Positions 14,725-33,553 of a DNA stretch of 64,000 nt are shown here, piece after piece (position 1 is the stretch's first letter; the number at the start of each line of letters is the position of its first letter). This stretch comes from Eledone cirrhosa (lineage: Eukaryota): contig OZ024752.1 in NCBI GenBank assembly GCA_964016885.1, forward strand, positions 28,148,001-28,212,000. Direction: 5' to 3'. The notes under the pieces were generated by a model that was not told the DNA's origin, searched no databases, and worked only from the letters and a program-made list of their open reading frames with translations. A program made the position numbers and the translations under genes.

Positions 14725-15753
14725 TCTATATATACATATATATATATATATACATATATACATATATATATACATATATACATACATATATATACATATA
14801 TATATACATATATATATATATATGTACATATATATATACGTATATATATATATACATATATATATATACATATATATATATACATATATATATATATACA
14901 ATATATATATACGTATATATATATATACATATACATATATATACACATATATATATACATATATATATACAGTTACATATACATATACATATATATATAT
15001 ACATATACATATATATATACATATACATATATACATATATATATCAGTATGTGTGTATACATTTACATATATATATACATATATATACATATACATATAT
15101 ATATATATATACATATATACATATATATACATATATATATATGTATATATGTATATATATATGTATATATATATGTAAATGTATATATATATATGTATAT
15201 ATATATGTATATATATGTATATGTATATAAATATATATATATGTATATATATGTATATATATATATACATATATATATATATTTATATACATATACATAT
15301 ATATATATACATATATATATACATATATATATATACATTTACATATATATACATATATATATACATAATGAAGAGAGAAGAAACCATTTAGATATAATTA
15401 GTAATAAAATGTATCATACCTAAACTGCTCCTAGATTCCTCGAGTACGTAGTTTCGTGGCATAAACAAAAACAATACATCATAAAGATATAGAGTTTTTG
15501 CGAGGTCTGCCGACTTATATACATATATATATGTATATATATGTATATGTGTATATATATATGTATATGTATATATATATGTATATATATATGTAAATGT
15601 ATATATATATGTATATATGTATATGTATATATATATGTATATGTATATATATATGTATATGTATATGTAAATGTATATATATATGTATATATATATATAT
15701 ATGTGTGTATATATATGTATATGTATATATATATGTATATATACATGTATATA

Positions 15754-15800
<47 letters not shown>

Positions 15801-15880
15801 ATATGTATATGAATATATATATGTATATATATATATATAAATATATATATATATATGTATATATATGTATATATATATAT

Positions 15881-18176
15881 GTTTGACGCTATGGATTTCC
15901 ACAATGCAAACTGGGAAGCGATCAGTCATGATCTTGCACATGTCGACTGGTCCTTCACGCACACTCATACACCCACTAACATCAAAAAGTCCTGGCAGAC
16001 ATTTGTGGACACTGTTACAAACATATGTGCTAAACACACCCCATTAAGAACTATAAACAAATCTAAGAGCAGAATCCCTAGAAATAGAAAAACGCTCATC
16101 AGAAAAATTAAGAGAACGAACAAAAAAATCAACAAGCTGAAATACTGTCAGCAGCAACACATCAACTTGACTGCCATTTCATCACTAGAGATTAAAAAAC
16201 ATAACCTCCAAAACAACATAATGTCCCTCATCAACAATCAGAGAAGAGCTGAAGAGGCCTGGGCCATTGAGAAGATCAAACTCAATCCCAAAGTGTTCTT
16301 TTCATTTGCAAAAAAACACAAAATCACTGGCTCTACTGTTGGCCCTCTAATTGATGAAAATGGCACTCTTCAAGACAATGCTAAAACCATGGGTGAGATA
16401 CTGCAGAAACAATACTGCTCTGTTTTCAGCAATCCTGATATGGCCGATCTGGGCTGTATCGGCGATGTTACTCCCCATTACACCTTATCGGACATAACGT
16501 TTCGCGCTCCTGATGTCTTGGCGGCAATAAAGGAAATCAAGCAGAATTCAGCAGTAGGTCCCGATAGGTTCCCTGCTTGTGTCTTGAAGGCGTGTCAACA
16601 CCAACTTGCATCTCCTCTTGCCAATCTGTGGCGGAACTCACTGGATGCTGGATATGTGCCAGAAAACCTTCTATCCCAGTCTGTTGTCCCAGTTTTCAAA
16701 AAGGGAAACAAATCCCTTGCCGTGAATTACCGTCCAATCTCACTCACCTCTCATATCATTAAGGTATTTGAGAGAGTGGTGAGATCGCGAATGACCCACT
16801 TCCTTGAGAGTAACAATATGCTGAACTCCAACCATCATGGATTCCGTAATGGAAGGGATTGCCTGACGCAACTACTGCATCACTTTGATGACATTTTGAG
16901 AGCCTTGGGAGAGGGTTCCAACACTGATGTTATCTACCTTGATTTCAGCAAGGCCTTTGACAGGGTTGATCATAACATTCTACTGAGAAAGCTGTCCAAT
17001 ATTGGTGTCACTGGAAAGCTGCTGCAGTGGATCAAGAGCTTCCTGTCAAACAGAACCCAACATGTTGTAGTTGAGGGAGTCAAATCCAGCCCAGCCAAAG
17101 TCAGTAGTGGGGTCCCACAAGGCACTGTGTTGGGCCCACTTCTCTTCATCATCTATATTAATGACATCACTGACATCATCAAACACAGCAACATTAAAAT
17201 TTTCGCTGATGATTCCAAGCTTCAAAAGGTCATCAATGGCGTGGATGACCGGATAAGCCTTCAGTCAGACCTACTGGCTGTTACCCAATGGGCGGAAAAG
17301 AACAACATGTTACTGAACGAAGACAAATTCGAACTGATCCACTTTGGAAAAGAGGATGCTCTGAAACTCCCGTACTCCCTTCCCTCCGGGGAAACTCTCG
17401 TGGCATCTAACAACATCAGAGACTTGGGAGTAACCGTGGACAGCAACATAAGCTGGACCACGCATATAAGCAGCAAAGTTGACATGGCCCGCAGAATGTG
17501 TTCCTGGATCCTCAGAACCTTCCAGTCGAGAGATTCCCGCACCATTATCCTTCTCTTCTCTACTTTTGCCCGACCACACCTTGAATACTGTTGTCCACTG
17601 TGGTCTCCCCACACGAAACAAAGTATCATGAAACTTGAAGCTCCTCAAAGGGCAATCACGAAAAAGATAGATGGCATGTCAGACCTTGACTACTGGGGTC
17701 GATTAGAAAACCTGAAACTTTACTCACTCCAACGTCGCCGTGAGCGTTATATTATCTGCATGATGTGGAAAATGTTCCATCATCACTGCCCAAATGATGT
17801 TGGCATCGCCTTCAAGATACACCCAAGGCTTGGGCTCCGTACTATCCGTCCCATTCAAAAATCTAAATCGCAACTCATAACAACAATACGGCACAATTAT
17901 TTCACCTCAATCGGCCCTGCTCTCTTCAACATCACACCAGGACACGTCAAAAGAGAAACTGACCACACAAAATTCAAGAAGTCTTTGGACAAATTCCTCC
18001 AAGTAATCCCGGACAAACCACCCACACCCGGATATGTCTCCGCAAACAGTAATTCTCTTCTCGAATGGGCCATGGTGCCCAAATCCTGAATTGAAAGACT
18101 TCGCCAGGTGGTGCTATTAAGTTAGACATGGCCTGGGCCAATACTGGCCAAAACATTTCAAAGTTATTCAAAGTTA
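15881..18176 (+). mobile_element. 5'-truncated CR1-clade non-LTR retrotransposon
   Basis: RT ORF, short 3' UTR with a ggcc..ggcc hairpin, and a (TTCAAAGTTA)2 tail at 18157-18176. (TA)n on both sides. Confidence 0.88.
15882..18089 (+). CDS. LINE ORF2 reverse transcriptase (N-terminal endonuclease missing), 735 codons uninterrupted
   Basis: Motifs [77 protein letters not shown]. The track's [10 protein letters not shown]-terminus is microsatellite. Confidence 0.9.
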   Translation, partial: FDAMDFHNANWEAISHDLAHVDWSFTHTHTPTNIKKSWQTFVDTVTNICAKHTPLRTINKSKSRIPRNRKTLIRKIKRTNKKINKLKYCQQQHINLTAISSLEIKKHNLQNNIMSLINNQRRAEEAWAIEKIKLNPKVFFSFAKKHKITGSTVGPLIDENGTLQDNAKTMGEILQKQYCSVFSNPDMADLGCIGDVTPHYTLSDITFRAPDVLAAIKEIKQNSAVGPDRFPACVLKACQHQLASPLANLWRNSLDAGYVPENLLSQSVVPVFKKGNKSLAVNYRPISLTSHIIKVFERVVRSRMTHFLESNNMLNSNHHGFRNGRDCLTQLLHHFDDILRALGEGSNTDVIYLDFSKAFDRVDHNILLRKLSNIGVTGKLLQWIKSFLSNRTQHVVVEGVKSSPAKVSSGVPQGTVLGPLLFIIYINDITDIIKHSNIKIFADDSKLQKVINGVDDRISLQSDLLAVTQWAEKNNMLLNEDKFELIHFGKEDALKLPYSLPSGETLVASNNIRDLGVTVDSNISWTTHISSKVDMARRMCSWILRTFQSRDSRTIILLFSTFARPHLEYCCPLWSPHTKQSIMKLEAPQRAITKKIDGMSDLDYWGRLENLKLYSLQRRRERYIICMMWKMFHHHCPNDVGIAFKIHPRLGLRTIRPIQKSKSQLITTIRHNYFTSIGPALFNITPGHVKRETDHTKFKKSLDKFLQVIPDKPPTPGYVSANSNSLLEWAMVPKS

Positions 18177-18330
18177 TATGTATATATATGTATATGTATA
18201 TATATATGTATTTATATATATATGTATATATATGTGTCTATATATACATTTATATATATACATATATATATACAAATATATACATATATATATATTTATA
18301 TACATACACATATATATATGTATATATATG

Positions 18331-18362
<32 letters not shown>

Positions 18363-18565
18363 AATGTATATATATACACATATATATACATATATACATA
18401 TATATATAGAGAAATACATATATATATACATATAGATATATATACATATATACATATATATATAGATATATATACATATATACATATATATATATTTATG
18501 TATATATATATACATATATATATACATATAGATATATACATATATACATATATATACATATATAT

Positions 18566-18628
<63 letters not shown>

Positions 18629-18721
18629 TATATACATAGACATATATATAAATATATACATATATAAATATATACATATATATATATACATATATACATA
18701 TATATGTATATATATATATAT

Positions 18722-19368
18722 ATTAGAATGATCGAGTATCGAAAAATCGGCGCACGAGTTCACGATAAACGAAATTCGAAATGAGCGGCAGAGGGCTCAA
18801 TAATTCAGATAAATCAGAGCTATAACTATCGTTAAAATACCGTCACACATAGAACAAGTCTAAAATCAACCGCACGATAAAGAATCGATAACAGAAGATT
18901 CGGGACACTCAGATAAAAAATATCAATAAATCAATAATTTAAATGAATGTAAAATCATACCCGGACCCACTAGAAAGGTGTTAAATCTAGCTTCTTGGGT
19001 TTCTGTAAATCCTTAAACTGTACTCCATCAGCTCACATATAAATATATAAGACTTCTAGAATTCAGCGGACTGGAAATTTACTTCTTCAACGAGCTTTCG
19101 TCCGAACGGATAAGGTGGCTAAACCCAGGCAAAATACGCACATGGAATTCGGCAAGGGAGATAACCTCTACATCCGCGAAAACTATTCGAAAAAATGTGG
19201 AAATACACATATCGAATAAAAGTGCTCAATAGACATGTTAAAATAAAACAGGAGCTATTCATCACTCAATAGAATCGACAAAAAATGAACAATAAAATTA
19301 ACTGGTGGATAGCTATGTCCAGAGCTAAAAATATTAGAACGATCGAGTATCGAAAAATCGGCGCACGA
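18722..19368. mobile_element. Unclassified ~650-bp island with ~33-bp terminal direct repeat
   Basis: ttagaa(t/c)gatcgagtatcgaaaaatcggcgcacga at ~18723 and ~19334, bounded by (TA)n. This resembles a partial tandem pLTR. Confidence 0.45.
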
Positions 19369-19376
19369 TATATATG

Positions 19377-19456
<80 letters not shown>

Positions 19457-19601
19457 CATATATATACATATATATACATATATATATACATATATATATA
19501 CATATATATATAGACATATATATATATACATATATATATACATATATATATATACAGAAATATACATATATATACATATATATACATATATATATATACA
19601 C

Positions 19602-19656
<55 letters not shown>

Positions 19657-19657
19657 C

Positions 19658-19696
<39 letters not shown>

Positions 19697-19704
19697 ATAT
19701 ATAT

Positions 19705-21947
19705 ACATCTACATCTAAGGCGGGTAAAATTCCCGAGATCCATGGACGAGTTCTCTCCAGCGGTCTCTGTCCCTCATTATCGCTGTCATGTTTTGCGTCT
19801 CCAACAGACCAGTGTCTGTCCTTAGGGCATCAACATACGTTAACCTTGGTCTTCTTATTCTAGTGTGTCCATGTAGGGGCTCCCACAGGGGCACTGAGTG
19901 CAATGTCAACTCTGGATGTCGGTGAGCATGTCCAGCTAACGACAGTCTCCTCTGTGTCACTTTTGAGCTGACTTTTGGGATGCTCTCATACAGCTCTGAG
20001 TTTTTCATTCTCAGTGTATACTGATTAATGTTCAGAGCCATCCTCAGCATTCTCGTGTAGCACCCATCCACCATCTGAGTGAGTTTCTTGGTCAGTGTCC
20101 AAGTCTCAGACCCGTACAGCAGCACAGACCCCACTACAGCAATGAAGAGGCGGATTTTCAGGTCTTCAAGAATGTCCGACTTCTACACAGATCTCAAGTT
20201 GTGGCACGCCGCCCAGGCTTTACTCTTCCTCTCAACCACATCATCTTCCGTATTCCCAATCTTTGCTCCCAAATACAGGAAGCCCTCAACCAATTCTAGC
20301 GGCTTCCCGCCTACATTAGTGACTCCTCTGGCTTCTCAACATTCTCTACTAGATATTTTGTTTTAGTCTCACACTCATCGACACAGTCTCAACCTCCCGC
20401 ATCAAATCCTCTGCCTCCTTCACTGTATTTGTCACCGAAACTATGTCGTCGGTAAATTCAGCATCCGATACCTTTTTCGCCTATACTCTCCTACTCTGAG
20501 CCGGTGCTACAGTAAAGCCAGAGTCTTGGTGTTTCTCCAGTGCAAGGCGCATACAATAGTCCACTACGATGATAAAAAGGTAGGGAGCCAATGTATCTCC
20601 CTGGAGCATTCCAGCCAGTATCTCAAAGAACTCTGTCATCCCATCAGGTGTAATGACTTGGGCTTTGGTGTTGGTGTAGAGCAGTGATATCAGGTCCACT
20701 ATGTTCTTGGGGATTCCATAAGCCTGTAAGATCTTCATCAGGCAGTAACGGTCCACAGAATCAAAGGCCTTCCTAAAGTCAATGAAAACCATGACCGCAG
20801 GAAGGCACTTTGCTCTAGCTCCCTCCTCAGCATCAGGATGTGACTGGTGGTTGATCTTCCCTCTCTGAAGCCGTTCTGGTTGTCCCTGAGCTTCTTCTCA
20901 GGCTGGATCCTGTTAAGAATCCCCCTGTAATTGTTGGTGTTAGAGAGATCTCCCTTCTTTGGCACTGGGACGATGTTACTGATCCTCCACTGATTCGGAG
21001 CAACTCCTTTCTCCAGTGCCCGGTTACAGAACCCCAGGATTATATTATCAAAATCACACCTCTTCATCACCTCTGATGCCACTCCATCTTCTCCATGAGC
21101 CTTGCCCTCCTTGATCCTCTTCTTGGCTCTCTGAAGCTCCTCTCTGGTGAAGGGCTCTGTCTCAACATCCAGTTCCCCAAACAGCCGCCTGATCTCCCCA
21201 GTGCTCTGGGCTGTGGAGGGTGGCTCTCCTAGTAGGGTCCTAAAATGGTCTAGCCATTTCCTCTTCCTATCCTCGGGCCCCGTTCCCTGGATCTGATTCG
21301 AACACCTTCTCTTCCTCTCTGTGATCTCGTTGATGATCATCCAGCTCTCCTTACATCCAGATTTATCAACCGCTCTCTCCACACTTCTGATCTTCTCTAT
21401 GAGTGCCTCCTCTCTGACCTCAGTGTAAGTGGTACATAGTTATTCCCTCATCACCTCCACAGTCTTCATCCTCTCCTCCGTAGGATCAGCATAGAATTGA
21501 TCCTTGGCAGCTTTCAGATGTTCTCTGGCTGCACACACTTTTGAGTTTGCAGAGCTGACGTGCTTCTTTTTGTTCTTTTTCCTCGGCACCAGGGTTTCAC
21601 TTGCTTCCGCCACTGCATTGGTGAAGTGCCCGTACCTCCTCGTCACACTCTCCTCAGTCCATCCAATCTCTCTCTCCTCTGACTCTTCACATAGAACACT
21701 GAACCTGCTTCTCACTTCCACTGTGAACCTCTCCTGTAGCTTATCATCTTCCTTGAAAGCTCCACAGTCATAGATTGCTCTCCGGGGCCGTGCCTTGCTC
21801 TTTCTTAAGCTCACCCGGACCCCACTCATAACAAGCCGGTGGTCACTACCCAGTGTACTGAAATAGTTGTATGGTTCTGTGTTCAGAACACTATTCCGCC
21901 GCTTTTTCCTCACCAGAATGAAATCAATCTGGGACTTGGACAGGTGC
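19705..21947 (-). mobile_element. Degenerate 5'-truncated RTE-clade LINE (APE C-terminus plus RT)
   Basis: Frameshifted pieces [91 protein letters not shown]. Simple-repeat 3' tail. Confidence 0.88.
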
Positions 21948-21957
21948 ATACATACAT

Positions 21958-22354
<397 letters not shown>

Positions 22355-22419
22355 CTGCTCAGAAGCGATTCCTAGAGCTGAAATGATTGTAAATGACCTC
22401 TTTGAGTCTAAACTCTAAG

Positions 22420-23082
<663 letters not shown>

Positions 23083-23241
23083 TATATACATATATATATA
23101 AATACATATATATATATACATATATATATACATACATACATATATATACATATACATATATATATACATACATATATATATATACATATATATATACATA
23201 CATATATATATATATACATATATATATACATACATATATAA

Positions 23242-23290
<49 letters not shown>

Positions 23291-23631
23291 TACATATATA
23301 TATACATACATATATACATATATATATACATACATATATACATATATATATACATACATATATATATGTACATACATATATACATATATATATACATACA
23401 TATATATGTATATGTACATACATATATACATATATATATACATACATATATATATATATACATATATACATATATATATACATACATATATACATATATA
23501 TATACATACATATATATATATATGTACATACATATATACATATATATATACATACATATATATATATATGTACATATATATATACATATATATATACATA
23601 CATATATATATATATATATACATACATATAT

Positions 23632-24042
23632 GGTGGCTGCCAACTCGTTTTCGAGTACGGCCACTACTTTATATCCATGTAGGAGAACCCCTACTGATGC
23701 ACTGAACGAGTGTGACTTTTTAGTCCAGCCAGCGACTTGAAAACTCTGGTACAAACACTACACTTGTGACAATTATTGACACATAGTGCTGGGCCCATGG
23801 TACCATGCGAGGACAAGTGCAGAGAGATCTCCAGATATAAAGCAATGCCTGTGCCGTGAAGCTTTTATAGTGAGCAAAGGCACTGCACAAAGCCAGTCCC
23901 ACTCTCTTAACCAAGATGATATTTACCAAAAAGAAGAACAAGTCAACATCATTGGATACCATCAGGGTTGCAGGTGTTATATCAGAGTTTTCCTTCTCCT
24001 AGAATTCTGCCTTGACAAAGGCTAAGGGGTCATCTCTCCCAG
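23632..24042 (-). mobile_element. 411-bp RTE-derived element with candidate 12-bp TSD ACATACATATAT (23620-23631 / 24043-24054)
   Basis: Full-length copy. Absent from the duplicated tract at ~29350. Confidence 0.75.
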
Positions 24043-24086
24043 ACATACATATATACATATATATATACATACATATATATATATAT

Positions 24087-24143
<57 letters not shown>

Positions 24144-24154
24144 TATATACATAC

Positions 24155-24223
<69 letters not shown>

Positions 24224-24456
24224 TACATTTACATATATATATACATATATATATACATATACATATATATACATATATACATATATATACAAATATATAT
24301 ATATGTATATATGTATATATATATGTATATATATATTAAATGTATATATATATGTATATATATATTTAAATGTATATATATATGTATATATATATGTATA
24401 TATATATGCATATGTATATACATATATATATGTATATATATGTATATATATATATG

Positions 24457-24487
<31 letters not shown>

Positions 24488-24528
24488 GTATATATATAGA
24501 TATATATATATATACATATATACATATA

Positions 24529-25657
24529 TGGGGCACTCTATGATATAAGGTATTCATCCTAATATGAACACCTTTAGTACTTCTCGATAGACTACACTGA
24601 AATTTATAGATAATATACTTAAATTTAGAAATTGTTTATAACCTTATATGATGGGAAATCATTTGAGACACCATTAATGTACTTTAGGATATAAATTTAA
24701 CAATAGAAATCAGTTAGTTACCTCCCCTTACGCATTAACTCTCCTTAATCACACACACACTTCTGGAATATAATACGATGTCATCTCTCACAACAAAAAC
24801 AACCTGATCTATGAATCGAATTAAAGAACGACAAGCTGTGATGTTCTAGCATGGTTCACCAGGCACCCAATGTTGAATCATCGTGGATTGTGAGATGGGC
24901 ATGTAGTCTATAAATTGCGTTTCCTGGATTGTTAGAGTGGTGGTGTGTACGAGGACAGTGGTGCTGTTTTGCTTCTCATTTGTAATATTTTTGATATTTT
25001 TGGTGTTTCTCCACACACGGGCTTCTATATCGTACAGGTGTGTGTAAATATTGCTTAACCAGTTCACCCCCATGATGCTCTTGATTGCCTGCTTTGACTG
25101 CTTGTTTTACTTTTAACAATCTGCCGCACTATAATGCACACGCACACGCGTGCATGCCACACGTGTGACTGTTGCATACACTGGCTACTCCAAAATTTCC
25201 TTTTGCTTTATCTTAGTAGACTGCCAATGTTTTATTTTCATTTTAATTTTGTCCTTTAATATGACAGTAATCTTTGTATGTAAATTACGATGCTATATTA
25301 TTATAATGGATGTCAACCCACTGTGGGTCAATATATACATATGTTTCTATATGTCTCTTGTGTTGAAAAGGAGGTCAAGTATGTTAAAAAATCACTGAAT
25401 AATTGCTCCGAAGAATCCAAACCTCGGTTTGGAAGAAACAATTGTAAGCAGATAAATGATTTAAACAGAACTTTGTTTCATGTAATCTCTATATAACTGC
25501 TCTGTAAAACAACTGATGTTGTTACATTGATCTATTTATCTTACTGGTAATAAGATAGTAATAAATTACTGTCTTTCACTATTTAGGGTATAATACATAT
25601 GTAATTATAAAAGGTTTTAGTATATACATAACCATAAATATTATCCTTAATACTATT
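24529..25657 (+). mobile_element. Degenerate PLE-derived element, family 5 (copy 29825-30957)
   Basis: Hammerhead-like motif near the 3' end. Faint RT remnants (IHPNM..TLKFID). Homologous to 31458-32612. Confidence 0.6.
25404..25450 (+). ncRNA. Hammerhead variant with CCGA core, family 5 (copies 30705-30751 +, 31499-31545 -, 32359-32405 +)
   Basis: tgct-CCGAAGA-atccaaacctcggtttggaa-GAAA-caattg-TA-agca. The second subfamily has stem III cagctg. Confidence 0.75.
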
Positions 25658-25748
25658 TGTATATATATATGTATATGTATATATATATGTAAATCTATAT
25701 ATATATGTATATATATATATATATGTATATATATATGTATATGTAATG

Positions 25749-25821
<73 letters not shown>

Positions 25822-25842
25822 GTATATATATATATACATATA

Positions 25843-25873
<31 letters not shown>

Positions 25874-25964
25874 TTATATATATATATATACATATATATA
25901 TACATATACATATATATATACATCTATAGATATATATACATATATATATATACATATATACACA

Positions 25965-25996
<32 letters not shown>

Positions 25997-26006
25997 ACAT
26001 ATATAC

Positions 26007-26053
<47 letters not shown>

Positions 26054-26092
26054 TATATACATATACATATATATACATATATAGATATATAT

Positions 26093-26140
<48 letters not shown>

Positions 26141-26141
26141 T

Positions 26142-26182
<41 letters not shown>

Positions 26183-26187
26183 GTATA

Positions 26188-26687
<500 letters not shown>

Positions 26688-26718
26688 CATGTATGTATAT
26701 ATATATATGTATATATAA

Positions 26719-26774
<56 letters not shown>

Positions 26775-26794
26775 ATATATATACCTATATATGT

Positions 26795-26864
<70 letters not shown>

Positions 26865-26933
26865 ATATATATATATATGTATATATGTATATATATATGT
26901 ATATATACATATATATATACATATATACATGAA

Positions 26934-26972
<39 letters not shown>

Positions 26973-26977
26973 TATAT

Positions 26978-27177
26978 NNNNNNNNNNNNNNNNNNNNNNN
27001 NNNNNNNNNNNNNNNNNNNNNNNNNNNNNNNNNNNNNNNNNNNNNNNNNNNNNNNNNNNNNNNNNNNNNNNNNNNNNNNNNNNNNNNNNNNNNNNNNNNN
27101 NNNNNNNNNNNNNNNNNNNNNNNNNNNNNNNNNNNNNNNNNNNNNNNNNNNNNNNNNNNNNNNNNNNNNNNNNNNNN
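26978..27177. other. Assembly gap (200 N)
   Basis: Run of N. Confidence 1.
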
Positions 27178-27276
27178 TACTGAAATAGTTGTATGGTTCT
27201 GTGTTCAGAACACTATTCCGCCGCTTTTTCCTCACCAGAATGAAATCAATCTGGGACTTGGACAGGTGCATACATA

Positions 27277-27365
<89 letters not shown>

Positions 27366-27705
27366 TAATATTTGATGAACATTTACATGTTATAGTTGCA
27401 ATTGACTAATAAGATCGCTAGAGTGAAAAATCTTAATTCAACAACATAAGGTCTGCCTGTACGATCTAGAAAATCATAAATCAATACTCACAGACTCATA
27501 TGAGTCTGTGAGTATTGATTTATGATTTTCTAGATCGTACAGGCAGACCTTATGTTGTTGAATTAAGATTTTTCACTCTAGCGATCTTATTAGTCAATTG
27601 CAACTATAACATGTAAATGTTCATCAAATATTAATTTATACTGCTCAGAAGCGATTCCTAGAGCTGAAATGATTGTAAATGACCTCTTTGAGTCTAAACT
27701 CTAAG

Positions 27706-28830
<1,125 letters not shown>

Positions 28831-28868
28831 TATATACATATATAGATAAATACATATATATATATACA

Positions 28869-28909
<41 letters not shown>

Positions 28910-28951
28910 ACATATATATATACATACATATATATATACATACATATATAA

Positions 28952-29016
<65 letters not shown>

Positions 29017-29399
29017 TACATATATATATACATACATATATACATATATATATACATACATATATACATATATATATACATACATATATATATATGTACA
29101 TACATATATACATATATATATACATACATATATATATATGTACATACATATATACATATATATATACATACATATATATATATATATATACATATATACA
29201 TATATATATACATACATATATACATATATATATACATACATATATATATATATGTACATACATATATACATATATATATACATACATATATATATATATG
29301 TACATACATATATACATATATATATACATACATATATATATATATATACATACATATATACATATATATATATACATACATATATATATATATACATAC

Positions 29400-29432
<33 letters not shown>

Positions 29433-29463
29433 CATATATATATACATACAAATATATATATAC

Positions 29464-29502
<39 letters not shown>

Positions 29503-29735
29503 CATATATACATTTACATATATATATATACATATATATATACATATACATATATATATATACATATATACATATATATACAAATATATATATGTATATA
29601 TGTATATATATATGTATATATATATTAAATGTATATATATATGTATATATATATTTAAATGTATATATATATGTATATATATATGTATATATATATGTAT
29701 ATGTATATACATATATATATATATGTATATATATG

Positions 29736-29782
<47 letters not shown>

Positions 29783-31008
29783 GTATATATATAGATATAT
29801 ATATATATACATATATACATATATGGGGCACTCTATGATATAAGGTATTCATCCTAATATGAACACCTTTAGTACTTCTCGATAGACTACACTGAAATTT
29901 ATAGATAATATACTTAAATTTAGAAATTGTTTATAACCTTATATGATGGGAAATCATTTGAGACACCATTAATGTACTTTAGTATATAAATTTAACAATA
30001 GAAATCAGCTAGTTACCTCCACTTACGCATTAACTCTCCTTAATCACACACACACTTCTGGAATATAATACGATGTCATCTCTCACAACAAAAACAACCT
30101 GATCTATGAATCGAATTAAAGAACGACAAGCTGTGATGTTCTAGCATGGTTCACCAGGCACCCAATGTTGAATCATCGTGGATTGTGAGATGGGCATGTA
30201 GTCTATAAATTGCGTTTCCTGGATTGTTAGAGTGGTGGTGTGTACGAGGACAGTGGTGCTGTTTTGCTTCTCATTTGTAATATTTTTGATATTTTTGGTG
30301 TTTCTCCACACACGGGCTTCTATATCGTACAGGTGTGTGTAAATATTGCTTAACCAGTTCACCCCAATGATGCTCTTGATTGCCTGCTTTGACTGCTTGT
30401 TTTACTTTTAACAATCTGTCGCACTATAATCTTGTATAAATAGCACACGCGTGCATGCCACACGTGTGACTGTTGCATACACTGGCTACTCCAAACTTTC
30501 CTTTTGCTTTATCTTAGTAGACTGCCAATGTTTTATTTTAATTTTAATTTTGTCCTTTAATATGACAGTAATCTTTGTATGTAAATTACGATGCTATATT
30601 ATTATAATGGATGTCAACCCACTGTGGGTCAATATATACATATGTTTCTATATGTCTCTTGTGTTGAAAAGGAGGTCAAGTATGTTAAAAAATCACTGAA
30701 TAATTGATCCGAAGAATCCAAACCTCGGCTTGGAAGAAACAATTGTAAGCAGATAAATGATTTAAACAGAACTTTGTTTCATGTAATCTCTATATAACTG
30801 CTCTGTAAAACAACTGATGTTGTTACATTGATCTATTTATCTTACTGGTAATAAGATAGTAATAAATTACTGTCTTTCACTATTTAGGGTATAATACATA
30901 TGTAATTATAAAAGGTTTTAGTATATACATAACCATAAATATTATCCTTAATACTATATGTATATATATATGTATATGTATATATATATGTAAATCTATA
31001 TATATATG

Positions 31009-31039
<31 letters not shown>

Positions 31040-31051
31040 GTATATGTAATG

Positions 31052-31120
<69 letters not shown>

Positions 31121-31139
31121 GTATATATATATACATATA

Positions 31140-31186
<47 letters not shown>

Positions 31187-31316
31187 ATATACATATATAT
31201 ATCCATATACATATATATATACATCTATAGATATATATACATATATATATATACATATATACACATATATATATATATACATATACATATATATATACAT
31301 ATATACATATATATAC

Positions 31317-31387
<71 letters not shown>

Positions 31388-31400
31388 TATATACATATAC

Positions 31401-31457
<57 letters not shown>

Positions 31458-31460
<3 letters not shown>

Positions 31461-32612
31461 GAAATATAAGAATCAAAGAACTGTTCAAAACATTATTGTG
31501 CTTACAGCTGTTTCCTCCAAACCGAGGTTTGGATTCTTCGGAGCAATTTATTAATGCATGGACAGTTATATGACCTCCTTTTCAGCCGAGAGACATACCA
31601 ATACATATTCAAACATTGATACATATTCAAACATTGTGGGTCAACATTCATTACAGAATTTAGAGTGGCAGTACACACTTCGAGATTACATTTATATTAA
31701 TAGGTACAATCAAAAATCAAAGATATAGGTTAAAGTACAACATGAAGATAAGTGGTTATATAGTGCAAATGTTATATGTGTGGCACGAATGTGCGTCTTG
31801 TTTATATAGTGTGGCAGAGAGATATGTGTGGTAGAGGCACTTAGGTAGGTAAATAAGAGTGTTAGGTTGGTAGATCTGGTGGCAAAGTCTTTATATGATT
31901 GATGTAGTCTGTGTGTGGAGAAATATTATAAGCATTAAAGATAGTGCAAGCATTAAAAGTGTTATAAGTATTGGAGATGCACAGCGCAGGGATGTCAAGT
32001 AATTCATGTACTTCGGCATTTTCATGGTCAAGGGAGTGTATATTTCGATTATATGCCTTTCACATAATCCACGACAATCCAGTTAGAGATCGTAGTCTGG
32101 TGTTCTTTAGTTCGATACAGGAGGTTGTTACGTTTCGAGAAACGCCATTGAATACCGGAAGAGTGTGTGTGGCCAAGGGGAGTTAATGCATGCGGGGAGG
32201 TAATAAATGTAAATGTAATCTCGAAGTGTGTACTGCCACTCTAAATTCTGTAATGAATGTTGACCCACAATGTTTGAATATGTATCAATGTTTGAATATG
32301 TATTGGTATGTCTCTCGGCTGAAAAGGAGGTCATATAACTGTCCATGCATTAATAAATTGCTCCGAAGAATCCAAACCTCGGTTTGGAGGAAACAGCTGT
32401 AAGCACAATAATGTTTTGAACAGTTCTTTGATTCTTATATTTCATATAACTGCTCTGTAAATCATCTGATGTTTTTACATTGAGCTACTTAACTTACTGG
32501 TAATAAGGTAGTAATACATTACTGCCTACCACTATTTAGGGTGTGTGTAAAATACTTACAACTGCTTAAGGTTTTGTGTTTACATAACCATAAATAGTAT
32601 AACTAATACTAT
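31458..32612. mobile_element. Family 5 PLE derivative with inverted arrangement (minus segment ~31458-32203, plus pLTR ~32203-32612)
   Basis: ~31458-31695 is the reverse complement of ~32205-32447, with a hammerhead variant in each arm. Absent from the duplicated tract near 26095. Confidence 0.75.
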
Positions 32613-32614
32613 AT

Positions 32615-32660
<46 letters not shown>

Positions 32661-32661
32661 T

Positions 32662-32692
<31 letters not shown>

Positions 32693-32709
32693 GTATATGT
32701 ATATGTATA

Positions 32710-32790
<81 letters not shown>

Positions 32791-33216
32791 CTATCTATCT
32801 ATCTAAGGCGGGTAAAATTCCCGAGATCCATGGACGAGTTCTCTCCAGCGGTCTCTGTCCCTCATTATCGCTGCCATATCCTGCATCTCCAACTGACAAG
32901 TGTCTGTCCTTAGGGCATCAACATGTGTTAACCTTGGTCTTCCACTTCTAGTGTGTCCATGTAGGGGCTCCCAAAGGAGCACTGAGTGCAATGTCAACTC
33001 TGGATGTCGGTGAGCATGTCCAGCCAACCTCAGTCTCCTCTGTGTCACTATTGAGCTGACTTTTGGAATGCTCCCATACAGCTCTGAGTTTTTCATCCTC
33101 AGTGTTTACTGATTACTGTTCAGAGCCATCCTCAGCTTTCTCGTGTAGCACCCATCCACCATCTGAGTGAGTCTCTTGGTCAGTGCATGTATGTATATAT
33201 ATATATGTATATATAA

Positions 33217-33266
<50 letters not shown>

Positions 33267-33288
33267 ATATATATATACCTATATTTGT

Positions 33289-33358
<70 letters not shown>

Positions 33359-33408
33359 ATATATATATATGTATATATGTATATATATATGTATATATAT
33401 ATATATAT

Positions 33409-33553
<145 letters not shown>

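Larger units (their letters stand above)
7873..15100. repeat. Tandem segmental triplication, unit ~2.41-2.42 kb
   Basis: The marker tctcgggaacaattctg occurs at 7873, 10282 and 12706. Each unit repeats the same three unique islands and similar microsatellite interruption patterns. Confidence 0.92.

Noticed and set aside
7873-15100. Repeat-spacer appearance resembling a CRISPR array
   Set aside because: The units are kilobase duplications in eukaryotic DNA. There are no short constant repeats with unique spacers and no cas genes.
15365-15516. Possible hammerhead on the minus strand (gccac-GAAA-ctacg-TA)
   Set aside because: The CTGANGA half is absent. At most it is a truncated remnant.
23960-24042. 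Possible HDV-like ribozyme at the 5' end of the 411-bp element
   Set aside because: No complementary P1 strand or nested pseudoknot could be built by eye.
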